Below, piece after piece: positions 1 through 10,728 of a stretch of DNA of 64,000 bases (position 1 is its first letter; the number at the start of each line of letters is the position of its first letter). Source of the stretch: Desulfurococcaceae archaeon (GTDB lineage Archaea > Thermoproteota > Thermoprotei_A > Sulfolobales > NBVN01); contig JAJHRE010000002.1 of NCBI GenBank assembly GCA_020832985.1, positions 22,991 to 86,990 of the forward strand. Direction: 5' to 3'. Both the position numbers and the translations under genes were made by a program. Under the pieces are notes generated by a model. It was not told where the DNA came from, made no database searches, and saw only the letters and a list, made by a program, of their open reading frames with translations.

Positions 1-1
1 T

Positions 2-763
2 GTAGATGATCCTGAATTCATAGCTGAGATGGCTATCTTAGAACATAGGAGGATCGTAAGTGGTTATAGGAGGAGGACTTCTGAAGAAATGTTTAGAGAA
101 GCTCTAAACCCTAAACACGTAGCGATCAGCTTAACTGGTGAGCCAACACTATATCCGAGACTATCAGAACTTATTGAGGAATTCCACCGTAGGGGTCTAA
201 CTACATTCTTAGTGAGTAGGGGTGTTAGACCTGACATACTAGCAAGTCTTGAGGAGGAACCGAGTCAACTATACATATCTATAGAAGCTTACGACCGTGA
301 GACGTATAACTACTTCAACAGACCGTTAATACCTAATGCTTGGGAATTAACACTGAAGACTTTAGAAATACTTCCGAGCTTCACATCACCAACAGTTATT
401 AGGATTACTTTGGTTAAGGGGTTTAACATGAGTTATGAAGCTGTTAAGAAGTTTAAGAAGTTGTTGGAGTTAGCCCAGCCTACGTATATAGAGACTAAAG
501 CGTATATGCATGTAGGTGGTTCTGTAGGCAGGTTAGGTAGGGAGAATATGCCTTCATTTAATGAAGTTATGGAATTCGCTAAGAAGTTATCTGATGAGGT
601 TGGGTATAAGATAGTCTCTCATAGTATAGCTTCTAGAGTAGTACTACTGACTAGACTTACTAAACCTATAAGAGTAGGTGAGGGATGTCCTAAGGGTTGG
701 GAGGAGGTTGATACTTGTGAGGAGGAGATTGGTGAGTATAGTAGGGTTGAAGAAGCTATCTAA
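2..763 (+). CDS. taw1: tRNA 4-demethylwyosine synthase (Taw1/TYW1 radical-SAM), C-terminal part; 5' end lies outside the window
   Basis: The frame is open from nt 2 with no stop before the ATG at 29. ISLTGEPTLYP...GLTTFLVSRG is typical of the Taw1/TYW1 family. Confidence 0.75.
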   Translation, partial: VDDPEFIAEMAILEHRRIVSGYRRRTSEEMFREALNPKHVAISLTGEPTLYPRLSELIEEFHRRGLTTFLVSRGVRPDILASLEEEPSQLYISIEAYDRETYNYFNRPLIPNAWELTLKTLEILPSFTSPTVIRITLVKGFNMSYEAVKKFKKLLELAQPTYIETKAYMHVGGSVGRLGRENMPSFNEVMEFAKKLSDEVGYKIVSHSIASRVVLLTRLTKPIRVGEGCPKGWEEVDTCEEEIGEYSRVEEAI

Positions 764-764
764 A

Positions 765-2099
765 CTACTCGAAAGGTTTAGTGATGTTTAAATCCTTAAC
801 GAGTATGTAGGGTACTTTAGAAGGTACTTCAACCTCCCACCACTTAATCAAATAGCATTTACGGCCGACTAACCATATATTACTTAACAACCTACTTAAG
901 TTATCAGCAATCCTAACCCTCCTAGCATTACCTACTACCTCACCATCACGTATAACTAATACAGCATCCCTACTAACTGTTGAGAAAGCACCCTCAACAT
1001 AATTCTGAAGTCTAGTATACCAGTTATTACTTATTAGTAATCCATTCCTAACCTCCCTAACCATCTCATCAACATCTGAATCACCTGGAGCTACCGCTAT
1101 ATTCCAAGGCCTAGGTGTTATCCAGCCAGCATTCCCAGTGGACACCGTGTTAAACTTCCTAGCCGTCTTACTATTATGTAGTAAAGTCTTTAAGGAACCC
1201 CTACTTATTAACTCTTTATTGTAAGTCTCAACACCTTCATCATCGAAAGATGTCGAACCACTTAACTCTATATCTCTAGGCACATCAGCTAATGTTAACT
1301 TATCAGTAGCTACTACATCACCTAATGACTTACTAATAAACATTGAGAAACCAGCTAATACGTTAAATGCTGACGTCATACTGACTACTAACTCCATGAG
1401 GTTACCGACTACTAACGGTGATAGTATGACGTCATACCTACCTGGGGGTATGTCTATAAAGCCCTTAGCATATGATGCGTACTGAGCTGCAGTCCTACCT
1501 ACATCCTCAATACTCTTAAGGTCTAAGAACCTACTCCCGTAAGCCCAATGACCTGAGTAATCACCTTTAAACACCCTCAAGTATGTAGACACCTCACTAC
1601 CTACTTCAAAACCTTCAAACCCATTACTACTTACTAATGCCTTAGACCTCACACCTAAGCTTAAAATACCTGAAACCCTTTCAACACCCTCATTAACTGC
1701 TGAGTTTATCAGTACTTCACATAGTTTAGCTGGTTCACCCATATACTTAACCACATTACCATCCACTAAATTACCTAACGGCTTAACCTGTCTAGGTTCA
1801 GGTAATGGAGCATATAACTCAGACTCCTCGATAATATGTACATACTTACTGATATCGTCAGCAGCCCTAGAGAGTTGATTTAAATCTGATGTTGAGGACT
1901 CTAGAATTAATACCTTCCTACCCTTAACTAGGTATAACCCCACGTTGTAGGACTTTCTAGAGTACTTAAGGGCTACGTTATTATTTACTATTTTAACCAT
2001 AACTGAATCTATACCGTTAATCATAACTGCTAACTCATCATAACTACTACGTAACTTCCTCAGTAACGTACCTGCAGTATCTAGTAGTTCACTACTCAT
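765..2099 (-). CDS. pmbA: PmbA/TldE-family metalloprotease partner
   Basis: 444-aa ORF with TldE/PmbA-like sequence. It overlaps the tldD stop by 4 nt, the usual paired arrangement. Confidence 0.8.
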   Translation of the reverse strand: MSSELLDTAGTLLRKLRSSYDELAVMINGIDSVMVKIVNNNVALKYSRKSYNVGLYLVKGRKVLILESSTSDLNQLSRAADDISKYVHIIEESELYAPLPEPRQVKPLGNLVDGNVVKYMGEPAKLCEVLINSAVNEGVERVSGILSLGVRSKALVSSNGFEGFEVGSEVSTYLRVFKGDYSGHWAYGSRFLDLKSIEDVGRTAAQYASYAKGFIDIPPGRYDVILSPLVVGNLMELVVSMTSAFNVLAGFSMFISKSLGDVVATDKLTLADVPRDIELSGSTSFDDEGVETYNKELISRGSLKTLLHNSKTARKFNTVSTGNAGWITPRPWNIAVAPGDSDVDEMVREVRNGLLISNNWYTRLQNYVEGAFSTVSRDAVLVIRDGEVVGNARRVRIADNLSRLLSNIWLVGRKCYLIKWWEVEVPSKVPYILVKDLNITKPFE

Positions 2100-3532
2100 A
2101 CAGTAACACCTAACCTAACCTTAGATAACCTAATATTAGGACCTCCAAACCATACTGGAACACCTTGTGGTGGGTCACCCTTACCACAAGTCCCTGGGTA
2201 GAATCTTAAGTTCTTATCAACACCAACTACCTTACTATAGAGTCCAGCAGTTGTTAACTCCAGTACTGGGTTCCTGACATAACCTCTTAACTCACCATTA
2301 ACTATTAAGTAAGACTCTAAACCTACGTACCTCTGATTCCATCTAATATCATCTATATTCCACTCCATGTAGGACTTAATATAAACACCCAACCCTATAT
2401 CCTCAATAAGTTCTTCGAACTCCATATCACCCGGTTTAAAGTATGTGTTAGACATCCTTATCAGTGGTTCGCTAGCGTAGTCCATAGCTCTCGAAGAACC
2501 ATTACTTCTAGTCCCGAATACGTAGGCTGTCTGCCTATTATGTAGTGGTTCATATATTATACCTTCCTTATATAAGTACCTAGGTCTAGCCTTAATACAC
2601 TCATCATCGTATTCGTAGTAACCGTAACTCCTAGGTATTGTAGGGTCTTCAACAACTGTGACATACTCACTACCAATCCTATAGCTACCTACGTATTCAG
2701 GCTTCACGTATGACTCTCCAGCCTGTGCTGACTCCCTACCTAAGATCCTGTCAGCCTCCATAGGATGTCCTGCAGACTCATGAACTATAATACCTACAAC
2801 CTCAGGACCTAACACAACGTCTACAGGTTCCTTAGGTGGTTCAACACCTTCAACTAAACTCTTCTCTAAATTCTTAACCTCCTCCTCAACAACCTTGAAT
2901 AAGTCCCACTCATCAATTAATTCTAAACCTCCTGAAGCACCGAACTCTATAATCCTCTGAATACTGCCTTTCTGTGGGTGGTGTAGGACTAAATTCAATA
3001 TAATTAGTAACCTAGGTACCCTACCCCTCACAAAACCACCATCACTATTAACTATTAACTTCTCCTGTATATGCTCGACATACTCACAGTAGGTAGTAGG
3101 TACTTTAACCTCCTTAACACTACTGACTATGACCTCATGTAACTCAGCCAACAACTTAACCTTCTCACTAATGTCTAAGGAGTTGAAGTCCTTAGTAGGT
3201 ATTACTTCATAAGAACCTCTACTGACGACGTCATCACTGAATCTAGTAGGTGTCTTAACTAGGTGGGTTGTTGCTCTAGCCCTACTAACAGCATCCCTAA
3301 CAATACCTACTAACTCATCCCTACCTAACTTATTAGTTGCTGAGAACGTCAACACATTATCATATACTAACCTAATACCTACACCATCATTAATAGAAGT
3401 ACCTAGGGTTACTAACTTACCATTCCTTAAAATTATAGTGAAGTACTTATCTAGTTGATATCTAGCTTCAGAATACTTAACACCTAAACTCCTCGAATAA
3501 TCTACCACATAATTTAGTAGGTCTTCACTCAA
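2096..3532 (-). CDS. tldD: TldD-family zinc metalloprotease
   Basis: 478 aa with the HESAGHPMEAD (HExxxH) motif and a TldD-like C-terminus. Confidence 0.85.
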   Translation of the reverse strand: MSEDLLNYVVDYSRSLGVKYSEARYQLDKYFTIILRNGKLVTLGTSINDGVGIRLVYDNVLTFSATNKLGRDELVGIVRDAVSRARATTHLVKTPTRFSDDVVSRGSYEVIPTKDFNSLDISEKVKLLAELHEVIVSSVKEVKVPTTYCEYVEHIQEKLIVNSDGGFVRGRVPRLLIILNLVLHHPQKGSIQRIIEFGASGGLELIDEWDLFKVVEEEVKNLEKSLVEGVEPPKEPVDVVLGPEVVGIIVHESAGHPMEADRILGRESAQAGESYVKPEYVGSYRIGSEYVTVVEDPTIPRSYGYYEYDDECIKARPRYLYKEGIIYEPLHNRQTAYVFGTRSNGSSRAMDYASEPLIRMSNTYFKPGDMEFEELIEDIGLGVYIKSYMEWNIDDIRWNQRYVGLESYLIVNGELRGYVRNPVLELTTAGLYSKVVGVDKNLRFYPGTCGKGDPPQGVPVWFGGPNIRLSKVRLGVTV

Positions 3533-3573
3533 TAAACCACCCTAATAATTAATTGAGGAGGGAAAAATAATAT

Positions 3574-3855
3574 TTAACTTAATTCCTTCTCAGTCTCCCT
3601 TCTCTTAATGTACTTATCAAATACTATCCAAGCCCTATACCATTCCTCATTATACTTCTTCAACAACTCTAAGATCCACTTAGTTAATTCCTTAGCATCA
3701 ATCTTCTCTAAGTCCTTCTCATAAATCCTACCCTCAATAACCTTACAGATCTTCCTAGCGATATCTACTGGAGCTCCAGTCTTTAAGACACTTACAACAA
3801 TCTTCTCAGGGATGAACTCCTCCTCCCTACCATCCCTCTTAACAACTTTAACCAA
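3574..3855 (-). CDS. Stand-alone ATP-cone domain protein
   Basis: 93 aa. The N-terminus VVKRDGREEEF..EKI is the ATP-cone signature. Confidence 0.6.
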   Translation of the reverse strand: MVKVVKRDGREEEFIPEKIVVSVLKTGAPVDIARKICKVIEGRIYEKDLEKIDAKELTKWILELLKKYNEEWYRAWIVFDKYIKRRETEKELS

Positions 3856-3924
3856 AACTTAACACCATTAGAGAATTAAATTAATAGTTAATAAGTATTA
3901 ATGGTAATGAATATTACCTGAGGT

Positions 3925-4662
3925 GTGAATACGTTTAAATTAGTTGATGCACACTGCCACCTACATGAATTCACAGATGATGAGTTGATTAATTACTGTA
4001 AGGACGACTTACTAATTAATGCTGTCTCAGACGATTACCTAAGTTCTCTAAGGACCTTAGACATAGTTAGTAAGTGTGGGAATGTAACACCTTCAGTAGG
4101 TCTACACCCTTGGAATGTAGGTAAAGTAGATATTAGTAAGGAGTTAAAGTCTTTAAGTGAGTTAGTCGATAAGGTTAGGTTCTTAGGTGAGGTAGGTATT
4201 GATAAGAGATTCGTCCCAGAAACATATGATAAACAGTTAGAGGTGTTTAAATACTTCCTAGAAGTAGCCCGTGATCATGGGTTAGGTGTTAATGTACATG
4301 CTGCAGGTACTTGGGATGAAGCGATTAAACTACTCGTTAAGTATGACATACGTACAGCTATAATACACTGGTATACAGGACCTACAGAACTACTCAAAGA
4401 TGTGGAATCCTTAGGATACTACATAACTATAAACCCAGCGGTAAAGATACAGTTAAAACATCGTGAAGTAGTTATGAAGGCACCTATAGAGATAATACTA
4501 ACTGAGAGTGACGGCCCCTACACATATAGAGGTATGAGGTTAGTACCTACTATGGTCTTAGAAACACTCCATGAAATAGCTAAGATCAAATGTATGAGTT
4601 TTGAGGAGGTAAGTACTTCAGTACTTAAAAACTTTATGAAGGTCTTCAAGAGTGGTTTATAG
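3925..4662 (+). CDS. tatD: TatD-family metal-dependent hydrolase
   Basis: Has the VDAHCHL motif near the N-terminus and conserved His/Asp positions of the TatD fold. Confidence 0.75.
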   Translation: MNTFKLVDAHCHLHEFTDDELINYCKDDLLINAVSDDYLSSLRTLDIVSKCGNVTPSVGLHPWNVGKVDISKELKSLSELVDKVRFLGEVGIDKRFVPETYDKQLEVFKYFLEVARDHGLGVNVHAAGTWDEAIKLLVKYDIRTAIIHWYTGPTELLKDVESLGYYITINPAVKIQLKHREVVMKAPIEIILTESDGPYTYRGMRLVPTMVLETLHEIAKIKCMSFEEVSTSVLKNFMKVFKSGL

Positions 4663-4705
4663 CAGAGGTCTTTAAATTATATTCTCAACCTAGTTAGGTT
4701 TAGGG

Positions 4706-5635
4706 ATGATATTGACTAAGTATCAACTACCTCCACCACCTACTAACATCTCAGAGCTTAGTTTATGGGATGCTCTTGAGGAGTTCTTAATGGCTTTAAG
4801 GTCTTCAGGAGCTTCTGAAAAAACTATTAAGGCTTATAGAGCCGGTATTTCAGACTTCATCAAGTTCTGCGGTAAGGGTTTCGTTAAGGAGGTTACAGTT
4901 AATGACGTAATTAAGTGGAGGTTGAGTAGGTTGAGGGAGGGTTTTGATAGGAGTGTTAAGGATGATGTTAAGGCTAGGCAACTAACTCTCCATTACTACT
5001 CACTCTATGTTAGGTCATTTCTTAAGTGGTTAGGTTTGAAGGATGAGGTAAGTATTGTTAAAGCACCTCGTAGGAGGTCTATAACTACATTATCTGATAA
5101 TGAGGTAGTTAAGTTATTAAATGCTTCTAGGGATTTATTAGACCTACTGATAATCTGCCTCCTCATTGAGACAGGCCTTAGAGCTCAAGAATTACTATCA
5201 TTAACTATAGACGATATAGATTTAGAGGGTAGGGAGATTTACGTTAGGTCTGGTAAGTATGGTGAGGAGAGGGTAGTGTTCATAGGCCCTCTAACTGAGA
5301 GAGTATTAAGTAAGTATTTAGAGGGTTTCAACAGTAGTGACGGTAGGTTAATACCACTAACATATTCAGGACTTTATAAGAGGTTGAAGACATTAGCTAA
5401 GAGGGCTGGTTTAGACCCTAAGAAGGTAAGACCACACATACTTAGACATACATTTGCAACAGAAGCGCTTAAGAAGGGGTTAGCACTACCAGCACTCCAA
5501 GCGATTTTAGGGCATAAGGATATTAAGACAACTCAAGTATACCTACACCTACTGAAGGAGGATATTAAGAAGTTATACATGAACATATTCTCAAAACAAC
5601 CTACACTAGGTAAAGAACTAACTCAAACCACGTAA
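4706..5635 (+). CDS. xerA: Tyrosine recombinase, XerA-like
   Basis: The C-terminal catalytic region HILRHTFAT...LGHKDIKTTQVYLH carries the R..HxxR..Y signature. An N-terminal SAM-like core-binding domain is present. Confidence 0.8.
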   Translation: MILTKYQLPPPPTNISELSLWDALEEFLMALRSSGASEKTIKAYRAGISDFIKFCGKGFVKEVTVNDVIKWRLSRLREGFDRSVKDDVKARQLTLHYYSLYVRSFLKWLGLKDEVSIVKAPRRRSITTLSDNEVVKLLNASRDLLDLLIICLLIETGLRAQELLSLTIDDIDLEGREIYVRSGKYGEERVVFIGPLTERVLSKYLEGFNSSDGRLIPLTYSGLYKRLKTLAKRAGLDPKKVRPHILRHTFATEALKKGLALPALQAILGHKDIKTTQVYLHLLKEDIKKLYMNIFSKQPTLGKELTQTT

Positions 5636-6436
5636 ATTCCTAAAATATCTTATGGAACTCTTAATCACGTAAGTAGCTATAGTTGTTAACGATATCGTTA
5701 GAGCTATTGCTGAACCTATAGGTATGTCGTATAGAAAACTTAGGAAAACACCTACAGGTGTTAATATCATCCCGAATAAACATGAAATTACTAACTGTAA
5801 ATCAGCTCTAGAAGTCATGATTACTGAGGCTATGTACGGTACGTAGATTAATGAGAATACTAGGAAACCACCAACAACTTCCAACATCAATACTATAGCA
5901 AAACACATAAAGACTATAACTACCGTAGAATGTAATTTAGTGTTAATACCTTCAGCTTCAGCTAACTTCTTATCGAATACTATAGCATCTAACTTAGACT
6001 TAAACAATATGAGGTATGTTATGAATATACCTGTGAGGACTACCATATACGTAAACCTATCTATAGTGACCGCTAGAGGACTACCCCATAAGAGACCGCC
6101 AACCCTAGTAGTAGCTAGGACTACAGCATTACTTAAGTATATAGCTAAAAGTGTTATACTATTAAAGAATGTGAAGAACATCATTGATAAGTTATTCATA
6201 ACCTCACTGCTAACTCTAGTCAATGCAACACCTAACACTAATCCCAGAGATAAAGTCAATATTATCGGTAAGATGTATGAGTCCATATTTAGGATAGTTG
6301 ATAGTGCTAAACCAGCTAATGCAGCATGCGCGGCTGAGAAAGTTACTGTGCTTAAGCCTAACCTCGATATGTAATAACCTACTAAAGCTAATATGAACCC
6401 ACCAACTACTGATGAAACTACTACTAACTCTATCAT
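5618..6436 (-). CDS. Metal (Zn/Mn-type) ABC transporter permease, ABC-3 family
   Basis: 272-aa polytopic membrane protein in an operon with an ATPase and a TroA/ZnuA-like binding protein. Confidence 0.75.
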   Translation of the reverse strand: MIELVVVSSVVGGFILALVGYYISRLGLSTVTFSAAHAALAGLALSTILNMDSYILPIILTLSLGLVLGVALTRVSSEVMNNLSMMFFTFFNSITLLAIYLSNAVVLATTRVGGLLWGSPLAVTIDRFTYMVVLTGIFITYLILFKSKLDAIVFDKKLAEAEGINTKLHSTVVIVFMCFAIVLMLEVVGGFLVFSLIYVPYIASVIMTSRADLQLVISCLFGMILTPVGVFLSFLYDIPIGSAIALTISLTTIATYVIKSSIRYFRNLRGLS

Positions 6437-6445
6437 GACTATACC

Positions 6446-7147
6446 TTAATATGGATTACCTAAAACACTTATTAACTCACCGTTAGATATGGTTAGTACT
6501 GCATCAGCTACCTTCTCTAAACTCTTATCAACGATATGTGAAACTATTAAAGCTGTAGCATTTTTCTCACGTATGTAGTCATTAATTAACGCTGTGACCT
6601 CCTCCCTACCACTAGGATCTAGGCTTGAGAACGGCTCATCCAAAAATAGCATTAGTGGTTCTCTAATAAGAGTTCTAGCTAGGAAAACTCTTTGTTGCTG
6701 ACCACCACTAAGTTTACCTACAGGCTCATTAAGTAATTCATCAATACCTAATAACTTAGCTATGTTTTTAACCTTAGCAAGATCGTCATTAGTTAATGTG
6801 TTCGGGAAACTCTTAATTGAGAGTAAGCCCATAGTAATGACTTGTTTAACAGTGTATGATTCATGAGGACTTCTCATGAAGTTCTGAGGTAAATAACTAC
6901 ATAACTTCCTAATACTGTATATTTTACTATCAGTTGTATGTATACCTAATAACTTAACAATACCTTTAAAAGGCTTGAGTAGACCTAAGCAAGTCTCAAG
7001 TAATGTAGTCTTACCAGAACCGTTAGGTCCTGTAATAACTATTAGTTTATTCTCACCTATGAGTAGGTTAATACCTTTTAAAGCAGGTCTTTCAGGGTCT
7101 TGATAAGTTACGTGTACATCCTTCAACTCAATTCGAATAACTCCCAA
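6446..7147 (-). CDS. Metal ABC transporter ATP-binding protein
   Basis: Walker A GPNGSGKTT, signature LSGGQQQR and Walker B LFLDEP. Confidence 0.85.
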   Translation of the reverse strand: MGVIRIELKDVHVTYQDPERPALKGINLLIGENKLIVITGPNGSGKTTLLETCLGLLKPFKGIVKLLGIHTTDSKIYSIRKLCSYLPQNFMRSPHESYTVKQVITMGLLSIKSFPNTLTNDDLAKVKNIAKLLGIDELLNEPVGKLSGGQQQRVFLARTLIREPLMLFLDEPFSSLDPSGREEVTALINDYIREKNATALIVSHIVDKSLEKVADAVLTISNGELISVLGNPY

Positions 7148-7524
7148 TCCTTAAGCCCCTTAACATAATCTACAGCTTCCTCAATAGACTTAAAACTTAA
7201 TAACCTATCTAGTACCTCCCTCCTCAACTTAAGTCTTAATACCTCCTTACTAACCTTATTAACGAATATGAATTCAAAGCCTTCACAATCTTCAACAACT
7301 ATATTCCCCTTACCTAAAGTACAGCAAGCTGATGTCTGCACACCATCAATACTACAGGAGTAGGGTATTCTATTAGGTACTCTAACGATACATTGGATAT
7401 CGTGGAAGTCCTTAGGCTCTAACTTACTCTTAGCTAATACACCAGCTCTATAACCAATTACTAACCAAGGACCTAAATGACCGTGGAATCTAATAGCTTC
7501 ATCTAATGATAAACCCCAACTCAC
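7123..7524 (-). CDS. FmdE-domain (formylmethanofuran dehydrogenase subunit E-like) protein
   Basis: FHGHLGPWLVIGYRAG motif plus a Cys-rich central segment. It overlaps both operon neighbours. Confidence 0.65.
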   Translation of the reverse strand: MSWGLSLDEAIRFHGHLGPWLVIGYRAGVLAKSKLEPKDFHDIQCIVRVPNRIPYSCSIDGVQTSACCTLGKGNIVVEDCEGFEFIFVNKVSKEVLRLKLRREVLDRLLSFKSIEEAVDYVKGLKDWELFELS

Positions 7525-8492
7525 TTCTTAACACCTCTCAACTTAACGATAGCTACTATCAGACCTACCAACAATATTACATTCGTTATTACTGAGATAC
7601 TTAAGTACATGGTTAGGAGGTCATTACCTCTCTTAAGCTCTGAGACTTGAGTACTTAATGCTTCGATAGTCTTGGTAGTATTAGCAGTTTTTAAAGCATT
7701 TGATATTAACTTAACATTATATACCCACATATCAGTTACATTCATTATCTCAGGTGCTGCCTTAGGGAAGTTATGAATAGCTACCTCAATAGCTCCTACC
7801 TCCCTAGCAATCTTCATACCTAAGTCCACACCACTAGGTAGGTTATCAATTACTAGGAGTGCATGTGCTTTAGTAGCATTAGTTATGACCTCACTATACT
7901 CTTTAAGAGTTACTGTTTCCGGAGGTCCAAACGATGCCACGATATTAAAACCTAAGTAGTTAATGAATGACCTCTGCCACCTCATAACCACTACTGGAGT
8001 ACCTATAAACCCATTCTCCTTAGAGAAATCCCTCAACCAACTAGCTATATAGTCTATAGTATTTAAAGACTTATTCAAACCCTCATCAACCGGTACACCT
8101 AAGTACTTCTTAAGTATATCTGCAACTTCAACATAACATTTCCTTAAATCCTCAGGAGTACTCCACGAAGTACAAACTCCCTTAAATACTTGAGCTCTAG
8201 ACCCACTAGCATTTACTAACTTATCAATCCATGGCTCAATACCGTGTGAAAGTACTATGGATGCATACTTAATTTTCTCAGCATCACTAGGTTTAACATC
8301 GTAATGTGCTGGGCAGAGCGATGGTAATGATATATACTCAACAACTACTTTATCACCTGCTAAATCCTCAACTATAGATGCTAATACAGTAGTCGTCGCT
8401 ACTACAGTAGGTTTCTCACCATGGAGAACTACAACCGCTAGCGATAGGAGTAGTAGGGATATCATAATGAGACTTAAAACTATTTTCACCAC
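7521..8492 (-). CDS. Metal ABC transporter substrate-binding protein (TroA/ZnuA-like) with C-terminal membrane anchor
   Basis: N-terminal signal/TM segment, a periplasmic-binding-like core and a hydrophobic C-terminal tail. It is the first gene of the operon. Confidence 0.65.
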   Translation of the reverse strand: MVKIVLSLIMISLLLLSLAVVVLHGEKPTVVATTTVLASIVEDLAGDKVVVEYISLPSLCPAHYDVKPSDAEKIKYASIVLSHGIEPWIDKLVNASGSRAQVFKGVCTSWSTPEDLRKCYVEVADILKKYLGVPVDEGLNKSLNTIDYIASWLRDFSKENGFIGTPVVVMRWQRSFINYLGFNIVASFGPPETVTLKEYSEVITNATKAHALLVIDNLPSGVDLGMKIAREVGAIEVAIHNFPKAAPEIMNVTDMWVYNVKLISNALKTANTTKTIEALSTQVSELKRGNDLLTMYLSISVITNVILLVGLIVAIVKLRGVKK

Positions 8493-8542
8493 ACATTACA
8501 CCTTTAATGGTGTTTAGTACACCTTTATAAACCTTACTTAAA

Positions 8543-8581
8543 CCCCACCTCTTTATTAAACCCAGACCTTTGGAGGTGGGG
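8543..8581. repeat. GC-rich inverted repeat (hairpin) between the kinase-like gene and the metal ABC operon
   Basis: CCCCACCTC (8543-8551) and GAGGTGGGG (8573-8581) are perfect reverse complements separated by 21 nt. Confidence 0.7.
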
Positions 8582-8592
8582 CGGATCGTCAA

Positions 8593-9303
8593 CTAAACCT
8601 TTAGTATTAACTCTACAATATCTTTAAACAGATCCTTCCTACCTAATTTATAGGTTTTAAGAAGTCCTCTAACATGTGTTAAGTCTTTACGTTTAATTAG
8701 GTGTATGTATGCTGAGTAAACCCTACATAAGTTACAGGGTGTTTCAGATATCCTAGCACTTTCAAAGTCTAAGAACTTCACATTACCGTCTCTTAAAACC
8801 ATTACATGCTTATGAGGTTTTGAGAGTTCTAAGTGGTCTACAGAACTTAAGTCTAGTTTATGAGATGCTTCGAAAACCTTAAGAAATACCTTAATAACTT
8901 CCTCAGTACTATGTAGCCTAATGTAATCACCTAGTAAAGTACCGTCTAGGTACTCCATCATTATGAAGTCATCATCGTAGTAGTAGACCTTAGGTACTAC
9001 ATCATACTTCACTAAACTCATTATGTAGCCTTCATTAGTTAGGGACTTCCTCTTAGAATCTAATCTCCTGACCTTAACTACTACATCACCTAATGATTCA
9101 TGACTTACTAGTAAAACTATTGATGCATGCCCCTTACCTAAGACCTTAAAACCGTTAACTGCTACAGAGCCGTAGTTATATACCCCTCTAACACCTAAAG
9201 ACCTTAACCTCTCAACTCTGAAATCACTAATATCCTTAACATCGTATGGGTATGTAAGTAACTTACGTATACTTTCCAGACCTACTAATTCCTTCCACAT
9301 CAC
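8593..9303 (-). CDS. Small protein-kinase-fold protein (RIO/Bud32-like, archaeal predicted Ser/Thr kinase)
   Basis: G-loop-like LGKGHASIV, a VVVKVRR lysine and an FLDFE (DFG-like) motif. Confidence 0.5.
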   Translation of the reverse strand: MMWKELVGLESIRKLLTYPYDVKDISDFRVERLRSLGVRGVYNYGSVAVNGFKVLGKGHASIVLLVSHESLGDVVVKVRRLDSKRKSLTNEGYIMSLVKYDVVPKVYYYDDDFIMMEYLDGTLLGDYIRLHSTEEVIKVFLKVFEASHKLDLSSVDHLELSKPHKHVMVLRDGNVKFLDFESARISETPCNLCRVYSAYIHLIKRKDLTHVRGLLKTYKLGRKDLFKDIVELILKV

Positions 9304-9791
9304 TAACTCTTAGATAATTCCTTAAGTATTAAGTCTATAAACTCAGAGTATGATAACTCAATACCGCAGTATATACATCTAACCCTTAAACTACTATCTA
9401 AAGTTTCGAACGTAGTTTCAATACCTTCATGTCTAGTGATGCAGGTCTTATTAGGACATTTAATCAGTTTTGATATGTACTTAGGTATTGATACCTTCCT
9501 CTTCTCAACTACTTCGAAATTCCTAACTATGTTTATAGTTGCTGTAGGTGCTATCAGAGCTACTATATCTGTCTCCTCCTTACTTAAGAATCTATTCTCA
9601 ATCTTAACTATGTCCTTCCTACCTAACTTACTTGACTCAACATTAACTACTACAGCTATTCTAATACCTTCCTTACCAGTAAGTCCTAAGACCTTAAGTA
9701 CCTCGAATGCCTTACCAGCCGGTATATGATCTATTACGGTACCGTCCTTAATCTTACTAACTATTAACTCACGTATAGACACCCTCAACAC
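9303..9791 (-). CDS. pyrI: Aspartate carbamoyltransferase regulatory chain
   Basis: [13 protein letters not shown] motif and a C-terminal Zn-binding CxxC...CxxC. It overlaps pyrB. Confidence 0.9.
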   Translation of the reverse strand: MLRVSIRELIVSKIKDGTVIDHIPAGKAFEVLKVLGLTGKEGIRIAVVVNVESSKLGRKDIVKIENRFLSKEETDIVALIAPTATINIVRNFEVVEKRKVSIPKYISKLIKCPNKTCITRHEGIETTFETLDSSLRVRCIYCGIELSYSEFIDLILKELSKS

Positions 9792-10728
9792 CTCCTAGTA
9801 TTAGTGTGAGGAGGGCTGCTCTTAAAGGTACTCCGAAGGATGCTTGTTTAAAGTATACTGCATGCTTAGTATTATCTAAAGACCTATCCAACTCATCAAC
9901 CCTAGGTAGTGGGTGTAGTATTATTAAATCATCCTTACACCTCTTAGTGATTTCAGCTGTCACCCTATACGCATTCTTAACCTTCTCATACTCTAGAGGG
10001 TCTGGGAACCTCTCCTTCTGAATCCTAGTTACGTAGAGTACGTCTAACTCACTCAATACCTCATTAATATCGAAAACCTCCTCAACCTTAACATTCCTAG
10101 ACTCTACAAACCTCCTCACATCCTCTCTCAACCTGAGAAGTGGGTGTGATATTAAGTAGACCTTCTTAGGCTTAAATATAGTTAGTATGTATAGGAAGGA
10201 GTTCACAACCCTAGCATACTTTAAATCTCCTATAAGCCCTATAACCAAGCTACTCACATCACCTCTAAGCCTATATATAGTGTATAGGTCTAACAACGCC
10301 TGTGTAGGATGTTCATTCCTACCATCACCAGCGTTAATCACTGGGTGTTCAGCAACTTCAGCAGCTAATTTAGCACTCCCTTCATACCTATGCCTAACAA
10401 CTATCACATCCGCGTAGGAGTCTAACATCCTGATAGTATCTATGAATTTCTCACCCTTAGCTACTGATGTACCCTCCTCACTAGAGAACCCTATTACAGA
10501 ACCACCCAACCTACTCATAGCTGCTTCAAAAGATAGTCTAGTCCTAGTACTTGGTTCGAAGAATGCTACAGCCATTACCTTACCACGGAGTACTTCCTTA
10601 TAACCATTACTTAAGTAGTGGTCTGTAAGTTTGAATAAGTATTCGATATCCTCCTTACTAAAGTCAAGTACTGAGATCACATCCCTACCCTTAAACCTAG
10701 AAGCTATGCTGGAGTTCATCGCCCTCAA
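9769..10728 (-). CDS. pyrB: Aspartate carbamoyltransferase catalytic chain
   Basis: [13 protein letters not shown] and HPLPR motifs. Confidence 0.95.
   Translation of the reverse strand: MRAMNSSIASRFKGRDVISVLDFSKEDIEYLFKLTDHYLSNGYKEVLRGKVMAVAFFEPSTRTRLSFEAAMSRLGGSVIGFSSEEGTSVAKGEKFIDTIRMLDSYADVIVVRHRYEGSAKLAAEVAEHPVINAGDGRNEHPTQALLDLYTIYRLRGDVSSLVIGLIGDLKYARVVNSFLYILTIFKPKKVYLISHPLLRLREDVRRFVESRNVKVEEVFDINEVLSELDVLYVTRIQKERFPDPLEYEKVKNAYRVTAEITKRCKDDLIILHPLPRVDELDRSLDNTKHAVYFKQASFGVPLRAALLTLILGGVEGVYT

Noticed and set aside
4706-5635. Tyrosine recombinase as a marker of an integrated mobile element.
   Set aside because: It is full length and XerA-like, with no adjacent tRNA, direct repeats or viral/plasmid genes. 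It is flanked by housekeeping genes, consistent with the chromosomal dimer-resolution recombinase.
5940-6374. 144-aa plus-strand ORF in the ORF track.
   Set aside because: It is entirely antisense to the ABC-3 permease gene and its composition is the mirror of a membrane protein. It is a shadow ORF.
9436-10417. Three plus-strand ORFs (9436-9729, 9806-10021, 10187-10417).
   Set aside because: They are antisense to the well-supported pyrI and pyrB genes and have no recognisable motifs.
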